Part shown: positions 26,727-39,701 of the stretch, piece by piece
How the letters are laid out: each line of letters starts with the position of its first letter
Numbering within the stretch: position 1 is the first letter of the stretch
Assembly (NCBI GenBank): GCA_963920595.1
Contig: OY986947.1
Location: 3,038,001 to 3,102,000, forward strand
Origin: Eimeria praecox
Taxonomy: Eukaryota
DNA length: 64,000 bases
Reading direction: 5' to 3'
Notes under the pieces: model-generated
The model's database searches: none
The model's input: the letters and a program-made list of their open reading frames with translations, nothing else
What the model was told of the DNA's origin: nothing
Program-made: the position numbers and the translations under genes

Positions 26727-26886
26727 GGCAGCAGCAGCAGCAGCTGCACCTACTGGTGGATAGGGATGATGCTCGCTAGACAAAAGAATATTGTTGGGGT
26801 TGTTTTGTGCTTTGTCTTCTCTTCAGCTGTTGACAGCAAGGAAGAAGTTATCTTTACAGACGTGAGGCTTTCTTCTGTTTGTGGTG

Positions 26887-26931
<45 letters not shown>

Positions 26932-26942
26932 GAGAGAGACAG

Positions 26943-27000
<58 letters not shown>

Positions 27001-28220
27001 GTATAGGTATAGGTATAGGTATAGATATAGATATATAGTATCAGTTTTCCTTGTCTGTTTCTTTATTTAGGGGGCATGTCTAGAGTTTTGTGGCGTGTTT
27101 GTGTTTGGCTTTCTTTTATATACACGGGTTGTTCGAGATTGTCTTTGTATGTTGCTGCTGCTTTTCTCGCTCTTATCTGCAGGGTTTTATGTGTTTATTC
27201 TGCTGCAGCGTGACTGCCGCATGCAATGCTTTGATCTCGAGAACAAAGCATGGACCCCCAAGCCTCCTCTAGATGGAAAGGTCGACTTTGTTGCACCCAA
27301 GGTAGGCTGCTGTTTTTCTTTGTAGCTGTTGCTGCTGCTGTTTCTGTTGTGGCTGCTGCTCCCTTTGCTGTTGTTGCTGCTGCTGCTGCTGCCTGTGCTG
27401 CTTTCTGCTAGTGCTGTTTTGGGTGATGGTGGCGCTGCTGCTGCTGTCAGTGTTAGTGGTGGCTCCCTTCCGTACGTTTCTTAGGTTCAGGGAATATGCT
27501 AGGGCCTGTACTAAAGCTAACACGTAATATTCTTGATCTGCTGATGCTGGAGAGATATATTTATGTATATGCACTGAACTGCTGTGTGTTTACTGATTGT
27601 GTTCGGTTGTTTAGAAGATATATATTTATGTATATGGAGTGCTGTGTGTTTACTGATTGTGTTGGGTTGTTTAGAAGGGAGAAGAGGAGGGTCTACCGAA
27701 TGCTCGTATTCTATTTTTCGTTAATCGCACGGGGAGGCTGCGATTAAATTCTCCTGTATTGCCTTCAACAGTCAAATTTAGACATCCTGTTGAACGTTCA
27801 GCAGCATCTGCAGCAAAAACAACTTCGCCAGGATCTGCTGCTGCTTCAGAGGGGAACACTGCGGAGGGAACTAAAGAAATGCCAGTTAAGAAGAATACGG
27901 TGGAGTTCACCGGGCTGAAGATCGATGCAAGTTCGTCTGAAGTGTATATACACCTTTCGGGCATAAAAAATTTTATGAAGTTTTCTTCGTTTAAATTCAT
28001 TAGAACTGCGGTAATGTTCCTTACCATCTTACCATCTCTTTTTTATAAAGAATATGGTATTTGATGGTGGTGTTCTGTTGTCGCTGCAGAGGACGCGAAA
28101 GATACAACGTTCTACCGCATCCGTTTTTCAAATGAAGAACGCGCTGCGGAATTTATTGCTTTAGCGAATGCAAAGCAAGAAGAGGCTGCGAAAGCCGCCC
28201 AAAATGGCAGCACCAAGTAG
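25116..28220 (+). CDS. Nup50/Nup2-like nucleoporin with N-terminal NUP50 motif and C-terminal Ran-binding (RanBP1-type) domain, 9 exons (about 461 aa)
   Basis: Exons 25116-25118 (ATG only), 25366-25508, 25686-25782, 25932-26414, 26531-26675, 26827-26861, 27209-27301, 27675-27930 and 28090-28220, all GT-AG with consistent phases. N-terminus [13 protein letters not shown]...[19 protein letters not shown] resembles NUP50. LFG and PFG motifs follow. RanBD-like elements: [36 protein letters not shown]. Confidence 0.8.
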
Positions 28221-28517
28221 TAGTGCAGCGAATACAGCTGCATGCAAGAAATGCGGCCCGTAGCAGAGAGATTGTGCCGATTAGGGGCATCGCTAGGGCA
28301 AAATATGTATTTTCTGGGACTTCTCTTCACACGATATATTTATATAATATTCCGAAACACCTTAAAAATCGTTTTGGCAATCCAGCTTAAAAATCACGAA
28401 AAACATATTGGTGCTGGGCAGTCGTCCGATCTTATAAACTCGTTGAGTGTAGAGAGTAGATCTGTTCCGCAAGGCACATCTTGTGGTGCGTTTTACTTCT
28501 TTATTTTCCTTTGTTGT

Positions 28518-31500
28518 TTAATCCTCCTTATGTGGATAGCGAACGTAAGCACGAGGCAGACGCAACAAAAGCTCGAGAGAGGCACTTGCTAGTTGGCGAG
28601 TGGACTTAAGAGCCTTTCGCCAAATAGTGTACACAGAGGAACGAGGGTCTGAAAACACAGCAAGCAAAACACAGAATACACTGCATGATAGCAACTGGGG
28701 CGTAGCATACAGCAGAAAGAAATGTAAATAGAATACATAGAGATGAAGTATAATCATTTTCATGGAAGAGTAATAGGCTAGTTAAAACCTTTGGAGGTGG
28801 CAGACTAGTTTCTGTGGTGCTGAGCAAGTTGAGAGCTTTCCTAGAGAAGTGCTCTGGGTCTTACGCATTGCTTTATTGAGGATTTCAATAAGAACAACAG
28901 CAGGTTTGAATATCGAGGGTCGCGAAAGCAACAAGAGCGGATCAGCGATGAAATACATCTGGATTAACCACGCCTGTAGATTAGATGGACGCGGGCCTTC
29001 TCCAGGAGTAAATTCTTTAATGAATTCTTCAGAAGCCCCAGGAAGAACGAGATTTTTTACAGCCTCTTCCGCTGCATCCCGTTCAACGCCAGCTACTTTG
29101 CTGAGTAGGAAGGCAGCAGCGCTTTCCACGGCACCTATCTGCAACTGCTCCAGCATTTCGCGAAGCCCCTCTTTGGCCAAACTGGGCGTTTGCAGCAGCT
29201 GTTCCAGCACTCCGGTAACCAATTCACGCACAGGTTCGATCGACATGAATGGGCGCTTCTTACTGACTCTCTCCACTGCCTCTTGCAAACGCCCACGAGT
29301 AGCTGCCGAGACCTCGGGGGAAGCGGTAGCTCCTACCAAGCCCATCTCGACCAACTGGTCCCACAGATAATCCAATAAAGCTGCAGCAGGAAAGGCAATA
29401 CAAAAAGCACAAGGATTCAGGTGACGCTAGAGGAGTCGACGATGGTGGTTGAAGCTCGGCTGCATGCATACACTTGCATCATATGTTTGTCATAAACTGT
29501 TTAACCTGTCACTTTCGTGTAAGTCACCTTGGTCTGCAGACTGCTGAATTAACTTAGCGTTCTTGATCCCCATGCGGACAAAATAAGAGAAAAGGCGCTC
29601 AGCCTCTAGCAAGTCCTGTTCAACCGATATTCTCGAACGCAGCTCAAGCCAAATTGGGTGGACGCACAGTTGTTGTCGGCCCTCATGATTTCTTTTAAAC
29701 TGCTCAGGTGTAATCACCGCATCTACGATTTGTCCTCTTCCTGATACTTCAGGATATGTCTGCTCATTCCCCTCAAGCTCGTCTTTCAGCCAAAGATCCG
29801 CATCTTGTTTGCATGCGGCACTTCTGACAGCTAAAAAATCTGTTTGCAAAAGACTTCTCCACTTTTTTCGGACGTCGTTCAGGGCGTCCTTCACCGAAGA
29901 GGGCAGGAAGACCGTCGAAAAAGAGGCGTTTTCATTCGTTGCCTCCCATGTTGCATATTCCCCCCGGCGTTTCGCGACAGGCCGGCGAAGTGTCATCCTT
30001 CTGTGAAGGTCTTTTCGCTTTAGCCTCACCATGGGCAGCACCACCCTGCGCACCTTCGCCCACGGCTTGCCAAAGACAGTAGTAGCCAAGTTGTCAATGA
30101 AGCGGCGGGAGACTGAGCCATAAAGGCGAGAAGGAAGCTGCGCAATTGAAACTAATGTGTGTAAAGAAGAGACAAATGCTGATGAGTGAGCCTCAAATAA
30201 GGAAACCTGCTCCTTCAAATGTTGGACAGTCGCTCTCGCGTTGCGCAAACCTTCTTGGTCTGCCTTGATGGCCATCGCCAAGGCGCGATCGCCACTGTAT
30301 TTCAACTCTAGTCCCTTCTCTTCTGACTTCGCAGGCGTGCTAGAGTTACTTGACGGCCTGGCATCCACATTGGTTTGAGACGGCTCAGCCAACTCTTCGC
30401 TGTCAACTGTGAGCTCCAATGTGGAAGTGCCTTCGTTCTCGGAAAATGCGCTGCCAGATGAACCGGTATCGGTTTGTTCCGATATTTGAATGCTTCTAGT
30501 ATTCGATGGTTCTTCGACGTCCACAAATTTTCCCTCATCATCACTGGATGTTGTCGGCTCTTCAGTAGTGGCAGTTGTGACTGTTGAGGCACCCTCCGCA
30601 GTTCTTTTCTCCTTGATTACGCCAGCCATGTTAGATTCCTCTAGGCGTTCCAGTACATCCTCTGCGTCCGCCAGCTGGATTAGCATCGAGGTTATCATGC
30701 GCAGGCGGCTCGATCCGTTGATAGGTATGGTGTACCAGATCCCTGAGCTTTTATCTGAGGAGAAAAGCCAACAGATATATTATCGAAGGCTGCTCTACGC
30801 TTACCACTAGACCGTGAGTTAAGGGTTGTTATGATACACTAATGTTTCTCACCTTCTGGCGTGCACTGCAAGGGAGAGGCAACAAAGTCATCGCCCACAG
30901 TTTCAGTTACCAGACCCATAATTTCCAATGCTTTCATGAGCGGCGCGTGCAACAGGAAGCTAGCAGTCAGCTCAGCCTGCTGGCTACCCTCACTGTGAAG
31001 CTGCACATTTTGTGCTGCATTAATGAGGGACTCCAAGTCTTGGAAATCAAGCTCTAGTGATGTCGCCTCCTTGTTAATTTGGAAGTACAGGGGGAGCTCA
31101 GAAGTAATCAGCAACTCCCGCAGTTCTTGCATTTGCTTCATGCCTGCTTCCCGCCTTCTCTGGTGCTGTGGGTGAGCAAGCGTTGGGATCACCACATTGC
31201 AGAAAAGAAAGAGGCTAGCACGTCCGAGTCGAGGGCTCTGAAGCTTCCGTCCAGCTGCAATCCAAAAACAGTCAAAGTAAAGCCCCCTTCTTCTCTGAAA
31301 TCTAGCCGGAATAAGTGCATCAGGGTTAGCAAAGCAGTATAACGTTCTATGGCTAGACAGATACGTCTGGAGTGCAGTAATACCGGCAGCAAGTGGAAGG
31401 CTCGCAGGCGAGATGTTGCTCAGCAGTCCGAGGGTCTGGTGGACACGAAGTTCTACCGGCGGCTCAGCTGAAGACTTCTCCAGCAAAGCCACCGCGTCGC

Positions 31501-34500
31501 TAGCTTTAAGCACAAGCTTCATCCCTGCTTGTTCCAAATAAGCAAGGCTTCGCCGGGTGATGACGTACTCTCCTTTGTTCGCTTCTGTCGGCCGGTCCAC
31601 AAGGGAAACGAACCGAGAGAACAGATGCGGCAGATTAGAGCCAATGTATGCTGGAACCGAAGACGCGATACTAAGCAGTGAAAGGTATCCCGCGCACTGC
31701 CTTACGTGACGCCTGTATGTTGAACCGAGTGTTGTTTTGGCTGCTTCCAGTTGCGCTTTGAGCCGTTCTATCAGCCCTGAAGGCACAACCACATATCTTG
31801 TCATCTCAGGAACAATATTACCTACAAAGCTATTTTTTTCATTTTGGAGATACTTAGAGTGAAACTGCACACTATCAAGTGGCTAGCTAGCGAGCTGCGT
31901 ATCCAGCTAGGCGCTTACTATTCATAGCAGGAGACGGTGTTGGCATCATTTTCATCTGCGTGATGACCTCCGCTCCTTCAGGTCGGTTCAGAAGCGGAAG
32001 TACTTCGAACTTCATGAGGGTTCGGATGCGCGTAAAAGCAGCTAGGGTGGTAGGACTGATAAGCACTTTGCTAGGAAACAGAGCTTGGTCAGCAAAAGCC
32101 TCCACCGCAGCTAACTGGAGTGTTCGGAGAAATTCAGGACCTCTCAGTATATTGAAAAACCTGAAAAGCATAAACGCACAATGATGCAGAGGCGAGAAGT
32201 GAATTGCTGGGGGCCTGAAGATGCGTCTCATTGAGGCCAGCATTCTGCAGACGGAAAGTAGACTCAAACCTTTTAGCTTCGCGCTTACCGGATTCCGAAG
32301 ACCCTTTTAGATGCTTCACTTCTGATTTTGTGAGCCATCTGTTCTGCGCCCCTACTGAGGCGCCTTTTTAGAGTAATGAGCGAGCGCTTTATGGCTTCCC
32401 GAATTGACACTGCCTGCTCACGATTTTCGCCTCTTCTTGTGGGTCTGGCATTCAAGTACCTTTTCCAGGAATACCTGTCGGTTTTTTTCGCCTTGCGAAG
32501 AATCTCAGTCACATGGTGGAGATACCTGAACGTAGCATCCTTCTCCTTCGCAGCCGGCTCCCCCTGCAAGATACCGCCAGGAGACAAAGTTCCGGAAACC
32601 GTATTTCCTCAAATTTTAGCCAACGGGCCGCAAAGAAGGTAAGGCCTAAAGTTCCACTCATCTGTATTAGCACCTCAAACGTGCATATGCTTGCTGGCAT
32701 AAAGGACGAAACGCAATTGGCAGCTACGCTACACACCTTTTGGCGCTTTCCGAGGAAGCGAAGGAGTGAACATTGGATGATACCGGCATCCAGAGCATCT
32801 AATTTGGCTGAGCCGGGTTCGTCGAGGCTGTTAACAGCGCGGGAATATAATTCTTCGCACCAATCAGCAAAGAGGGGGTCACTCGTTCCCTCCTCGTGAG
32901 CAAAGGCGTCACTGATTGAGGGCGTGTGAGAGCCTTTCCTTGCTGGTTGAATTGGCTCTGCAGATTCGACTGAGGTTTGGGAGTGGTAGGGCGTGGATGC
33001 GGTTTTCCTTGGCTGCTTTTTTGCAGCGTATTCGTCCCACAACAGCACTTGAAACCTGCCCAACATGCTCGTCAAGCCAGTGGCATTCTTCTCCGCCATC
33101 CTCAAGGCCTCCAGTCCAACAGTTACTGGGAAAATCAGCGCCAAGTCGGAAAGACCGGCACTTAAGCTCCCTGAGTACATGACAGCGGCGAAAATAGTTT
33201 TTCAGGTCATTTTACTGCCGAAATACATTGCAAGTTGTCAGTTCGTACAGATCTGTGTTTTCCATGTTACAAAGAAGAAGCGCTAAGAACTGCGGTGGGC
33301 CGTACCCGCTGTGATGACGGTAGATTCAAGCGACCTAACGAGCAGTTCGAGGAATCCATCGGCGGAGAAATCGAGGGAATACAAAGCTTTTCGCTCTTCC
33401 TGGATGTACTTCTCCCTCTCAAGGCGCATTCCCGACGAGAAATGGTACTGTACGTAATCCAGATCTGTTGGGGTCCAATTGTTGAAAAATTCCTCCCAGC
33501 TCTTATTGCTGTAAAGCATTCTTTTCGTCGCGACCAGGAGGTCTGCTGCCTGATGCAAACAGTGGAAAATCGCAAGTTTGTTAGGCTGATGCGAAGCGCC
33601 TTTGCGGGCATTTTGCATATATCTGCATGGTGCATGCAACCCACAAGCCACCATCTAATTAATTGTGACTCTTCAAAATGCTTTCTGATGCAGAGGGGCT
33701 CCTGGTATCAGCATAAATCAAGTCCCTGAAGTAGCGATATGCATAGTTACCATGAGTGCATCAATGCGTGGAATGCCTTTAGACCACAGGGCTGCTTCTA
33801 TAAGATATGCAGCACTTTCGTCGTTATGCTTAGCCCTTAAGACAACTTTAGAGTCGACCATGAACCCGTTAATCTCCGCAAAACCTGGCACCAGCAAGTA
33901 ACCTCCCACGTCTTTTTGCATGTACCAAGCGCTGAATTCGACGAATTCGTGTTCCGGTGTGCATAGCTTCTCTCGCATCTCAGGCGTGATGGGGGGTTCT
34001 GCGAATGGGAATGCAAAGACATAAGGGTTGCATATTTGCTCATAGCAATGCCGCACTTTCTCAGATGGTGTTACACTGTCGCTGGTGCGAAAATCTCAGA
34101 AAGCGCATCCCAGTGTTTGCTTATACCTGGCCTGAAAACTTTGGCGTTTCCCAAATCCGTGGTCAGCAAAAAAAGTGCAGCGTTGTTGAGGCACTGCAAG
34201 CGGGACAACTTAAACTGAACAAACACGCATCCTCCACACAAACCAGGCTAAGCACAAGAACGCCCAAGAGCATGGGCTGTGTTCGCAGTCTCGCTTATCA
34301 TGTTTTAAAGCATGCCAGCTTGATGATTTATTTAAGGGGAGATGGGAATAGACTTACTAGCTTTTTAGCAACGCTGCTTGCTGCCGCCTGATTGGAGGTC
34401 ACTGAAGGCAAGTATCATCGCAGCAGCATTGGGTAGCAAGAGCCTGCAGAGTGGTTCGTACGGGTGCAAGGAGAAATCAGTTGTCTGCTTAAGCCATTCA

Positions 34501-37500
34501 CTGCCTTCTTAGACAGGCCACAAACGCATTACCTGCTAGTTCAATCGTCGTCAAGTGTTCCTCTGAAATTGGTCCCTTATTTTTCTCTCCTTTCTTGCTC
34601 TTGGGAAACAAGTGATCTATCAGGATGTCAAGACCCCACCGTGCTCTCCTTCGAAAAACTCTTAGGGTACGTGGGCGGTATCGGAACCATGCTGCATCTT
34701 TAATAAAGGACATAAAATCATCCTTTAAGTCCTGAGCGGACTCAGTTAATTTCTCATCCGTCCCAATGGCAACGCCAAGGTGAGCAGCCAGGACAAACTG
34801 TAGAGCAGCGAATTTCGCTTTTGTTGCTTCATCTGTGTTAAAGCACAGATTCCGATCAGTTAATTTGCATGTTTGGATCCTATCTCGTCCAATGGTAGCC
34901 CTGACCATCTTCTCTAGACGCCCAAAAATGCTATCAAATGCCCCGATGAGCTTCTGTAGAGACCGTCGAAGTAGGGACATCATCAGGATGTCTCTCTTGG
35001 CTGCATACTTTCCCAGTAGAATAGCTTCCGTCCGCGTCACGGATTTGTCTTCAACTATCTTGAATTCTGGGACAGCCGTCGCCAATTCTGGTGGCATTTC
35101 CACTTCAGCAAAAGCTTCTAATCGCTGCGCCACTAAGGATAACTCTTCATCTTCTTGTTTGGTTTTTGTTTTTAGAACAGTCCCCGAAGCAATTGCACTG
35201 GCTGTGCCGGCGTCCACCGATGATGGCTTCCATTGATGCAGCTTTCGCAGCATAAAGAAAGTTGCTGTGGCAAAGACAAACACATAAGCGAAATCAAGTA
35301 TGTGTTTTGACTGATTTCTTGATGGCGCGCTACAGCGGCAGCTTACGCGCGATGGCTTAGGCTCAAAGCATAGCACTTACTAATTCCAGCCACTCCGGAG
35401 GTAAAATTGTGAACATCCCTTTGCAGTCTTGGCTTGACTACGATATTCGCAACTAAGGAATCCTGTAAGCCAACCTCTGCGAATGCAGCCCTCAAGGTTT
35501 CAATTGAAGGGTTTTCGCTTTGCTTGATTTGCGCCTCTAACGAAAGTCTTGCGGTGTTGTATACCATTAGCAACAGTTCCGCAATGTAGTCCCTAAATGC
35601 AATCCAGCTGATGAAGTTCAGAACTTCCATAGACCTTGTAGAAAATGCCTCCAGCCGTCGAAATGTTCCTTCACACTGCACACAAAGACAACTAGCGGCA
35701 GATAAGGTATTTTGCTGGAACAGGTAATATTCGAAGAGTTCACTGCCCAAGTGCTGTGCTTAAACCTACAGTCAGCTTGGTCTTCGTCAGCAGAATGCCT
35801 TGTTCCTGTTTGTACGCATATTCACACGCACGAGCACACGCACACATGCTTATATATATACTCACACGCACATCAGTTGAGAGAGGCGAGCAGGCAGCTG
35901 CTTCCCAACTCAGAGCCATATTTGTTAAGCAGAAATGCTGGAATGCAGACGTACGTAGCACTTGGTCGTTGTTTCTTCGTAGCCGGTAAGGTATTCCTCT
36001 TCCATAAGCGTAGCATATTCCTTGGAGAAGTGAACAATGCCGTTGAGGAAACCCTGGGAGAACACTTCGCTAGAAAACGTTGTCAAATGTGGCACGGAAT
36101 TTTCCAGTGTCTCCAAACCAACTGAATCCAGCTGCCAAAGCTGCGTTAGCATGGAGACAAATTTGCCGCTAAAGGAACTTTTCAAAAGCTTAACCCCGTG
36201 AGGGTCACTCCGTAGTCGAAATACTGCAAACAAGCGAAGAATGCACATGCCACTCTTCCTTTATTCAGAAATGCCTGCGAAATGCCTCCCTCATTCATCA
36301 CCTGCGTATGGCAAGACGTAGCTCCAGCACTAAACTAACCGGCATATGCGCCTACCCACCAGAGGAACAAGAATTGTGGAGGCACAGGACTTACGTTGAG
36401 TATGCTTGTAGAGTGCAGTGACGCCCTTGATAACCTTGGCGCTTACAAAGTTGTAGACTTCAGAAAGGAGTGTTGGCACCCCCAATAAGCATGCCACACC
36501 CATTGCTCCGGCAAGGCCCCCAGTGACAGCTAACAGCGGCGGGAAGAAAACAAGGTTAAAGGCCCGTATAAAGTACTGCAGAATGGTTCCCACGACTCCT
36601 CCAGGTAAAAGAAAAGCGGGCCCTGCAATACTCTGGATCGACATAGCCATTTTAAGGCAGCCTTGGACAAGTTTCAGCCCTGAGGTTAACATGGGCTTGA
36701 AGGAAAAGCCTAGGCTTGCCCCTGTATGGAGGATGCTATGAGCAATGGTGAAAATAGACTCTGAGGCCAAGGACTCGAACAGTCCAGCAAAGCCGCTTCC
36801 TACAACAGTTGCACACATTACTGGCAACGAGTTTGCTATGCAGTGATTAGCCATATAGTATCATGTGCATTTAGAGTGCATACAGGAGAGATTAGACTTG
36901 ACTAACGGCAAAAGAGGCTGCGGGGGCTGGATGCAAGGCTTGGAGTCGAGCCTAACTCACTCTTTCCTTCTCGAACATTGCATATTATGTGCTGGATCGC
37001 TGCCATTACATTCCTGTCGTTTCGGATCCTTTCAGCGGGGGCTCCTGAGAATTGCCTTATCACCTGCACCACTTCTTTGACTTCTGCCTCCTCCTGAGCG
37101 TCATTCTTGGGAGTGGCTGTGCAGCATCACACAAGTTAACTGGAACGTGCTAACGGTTTCCCTGATCCTGCAGGCTTGCATATATCAGTTTTATTGAGAC
37201 GCTCCTGTTAGTTTTCTCGATGGTTTATATGGGACTTACTTTTTTTGATGGCCTTTTCAAGTTTTCTTATGACTTCTCGTTTCTTATCAACCTCAGGCAG
37301 CAAACTTCCTATAATGAGGCTTGTCACAGCAAAAGACCTCACTGCTGAGTGCGTCCTTACATAGTTCAAGCCTGAAACGAAGCCGATGGAGACAAGGTAG
37401 AATTGCAGATTAGGCAAAGCTATACTTACGTGTAGACCACTTTCCAAGGCAGCTTTAACTGAGCTCCTTAGGGAGCGTTTTTACAGCATCGGATCAAGTA

Positions 37501-38066
37501 AGGCCTTAACATACTTGGTTTCGCCGATCCTTGAATTGATTCCCTGAATACCTTATGATACAGCGCCAAAGCTGAGTCATCTAGGGGGGACAAGCTAATC
37601 TGAAGCAAGGATGCCGATGATTTGGCCTCCTTCTCGTCCCGTAGTGCGCCTGTGCACAGCACCAGAAGCACTAATGAGACTTTGAGTAGGTGGGTGAACA
37701 ACAATTAGGCCACCACCTTCGTGTAAGCAGGTCCGTGTGAACTCAGTCTAGACACGCTTGACTATTCCCGTGCTTACCTTGAAGAATAGGGAAAGTATCG
37801 CCGATCGTGCCGCTGTTCTCAGATTCCTGGAAATATCGGAGATCACCGGAAGAGTCGGAAACCCTCCATTGTACACTGGAGGCCTCAAGGACAGGCGATT
37901 CCTGCCTCAACACCTCAAGTAGAGGAGAATCCTGCCTCAAAAGTCCTTGAATTCTCAAGCCGGTGCCTGTGGCGATAAGGCGATGCTGCCGACTGTAAGC
38001 AAGGCCACGACAGAGCGACAAGGCCAAGACGAAAACGATTGCGCATGTGGCGCTACCTGGTCCCAT
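28518..38066 (-). CDS. Very large (probably >2000 aa) multi-exon hypothetical secreted/membrane protein
   Basis: The first exon has a signal peptide (MGPGSATCAIVFVLALSLCRGLA). A chain of closely spaced minus-strand ORFs is separated by short introns. A Gly-rich hydrophobic region lies at about 36420-36810. The probable last exon reads DPRSSVYTIWRKAL...YPHKED* (28518). Family not identified; it could be two adjacent genes. Confidence 0.75.
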
Positions 38067-39701
38067 TTCGGGAAATATATGTCTTTTTGTAAAAGCAGTT
38101 CAGTTGGTTCATGCTGAAATAATTGGCATTCCTCCTTTAGATCAACTGGCAGGGCATTCAGGGCCCCCTCGGGCGTGACCAGAGGAGATTCGAGTGCCTA
38201 AAGATTGCCCCTTCAGAAGCTAAGTAGCAGCTTTCCCATGTAAAAGAATATCATTGCAAAATGCTTTAAATCGCAAGCATTGTTATATAGGGCTCCTCTA
38301 TGCGCATGTACGCGCGTGTCTCCACCGCTCTGGCCCCCAGGCACTGGCCTGTTTCGGTGGTCGCAGCTGCGGGGCACTAGGCTCAGTTGTTTTACTTGCG
38401 TTTCCTTGTGAAATATAGTTTTATTGGAGTTGTAGAGCAATAAAGAGTATCGCTAGATTATGTCCAGCAAGTGAGGCAGACCGGTATGCACCAACGTATC
38501 GCTTCAGCCAGCATACCACTGGTTGACGGCCTACTGTTGCGGTTAGCGCGCTAGAACGCATGGGGCGGCAGTCTACTCATTAGTAACTCATGTTATAATA
38601 TATACCTACAATTAAGTACCGACTATTCAATGTTGCTGTTTCAGGAAATCATCCATTGAATCGCAACAAGTGTGAGGACCACCACAGCACAGGCGGAAGG
38701 TGATAGGTTTGCCACGGCTGTAGTCTGAATAATGCATATAAATAATGCATATAAACGTCGATGATGAACTTGGTCACTATACTCAGCACTTCAGTATAAG
38801 AAATCTGGCAGCTGCATGGATGGCTCGGGTGATAGAGTACATCCCATCTCCCAGGGGCACGCGAGAGGGCCTAAGCACCAGTTGGAGTCATCATGAAATA
38901 AGTGAATAACTGCGTCCACACTCCATCAACAGCACTAAATGCAGCATGCAATTTATGCTGGAGACACATTGATTACCCCAGTAGCAGGACAAGTAGTCGC
39001 AACTGTAACGCCCACAAGTGGTACAGGTAACTAGGGCACTCTCCTGTCCCGCTCTGCTCGGTTGCTGGAGCAAGGTACGCCAGAAACCATATGAAGACGC
39101 CTAGAAATTGCAACGGTAGGGTGCAGATGCTTCACGGAGGCTGCCATCGAAGCGCTAGAGAGGAGAAGCACTGGGCGTTATCCGACTTGGTCCTCCTGTA
39201 GCGCTGCATCCTGAATACATTCGGTATAGCTGCTATAGAAAAAAACCAAAAACTTTTGCTAGGAGAGAGCCAGCCTCAATACGCAGCGTACAATATTAGA
39301 TACAGCTGCTGATCAGAGGCCCAACTGTGTTAATGAATGCCTGCTAAATATGGCTAGAGAGCACCTACACTGAAAGGCATATATCTGCGTATAGCATCTA
39401 TAATATATTAAATGAACCGGCTTAAAGTCCCCTGTTTGCCATGGAATAATGACGGACGCCCAAAGAATACAGCTTTCGCGCTGTACTGATTGCCACACCG
39501 CACTACACTGCCTGCCTACCAACGCAGGCACGACGGCGAAGCATCCGGTCCCAATGGCTTTCAGATATGCAAACATAAGAGCTTTGCAAATGCAGCTACA
39601 CGTTGAGATGTACATGTACGGTTGAAATCAGGTTGGAACAGGCTGCCACTGCACGCTCCCTGCAGGCGCTGTTAGACTGCAAGGTCAGCGCTAGCAGCCA
39701 G

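Larger units (their letters stand above)
1..27400. repeat. Repeat-rich (R-type) segment: dense (CAG/CTG)n, (TA)n, (TTTA)n, (TCTG/TC)n, TTTAGGG and TGCATGCA repeats
   Basis: Repeats are visible on almost every line to about 27.4 kb and then nearly vanish. This matches the known R/P segmental organisation of Eimeria chromosomes. Confidence 0.95.

Noticed and set aside
1..27400. Dozens of long overlapping ORFs (poly-L, poly-C, YIYI, LSLS, FIYL) in the ORF track
   Set aside because: CAG/CTG, TA, TC and TTTA repeats contain few stop codons, so they generate spurious ORFs in all frames. Only segments with complex sequence and splice signals were accepted.
28518..38066. Naming the large secreted protein RON2, RON3 or RON5
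   Set aside because: No diagnostic motif (such as the RON2 AMA1-binding cysteine loop) was recognised, so it is left unassigned.
38200..39650. Short ORFs as a gene or further retro relic
   Set aside because: No motifs, no consistent splice model and no ordered pol-like peptides. Treated as promoter/UTR sequence.
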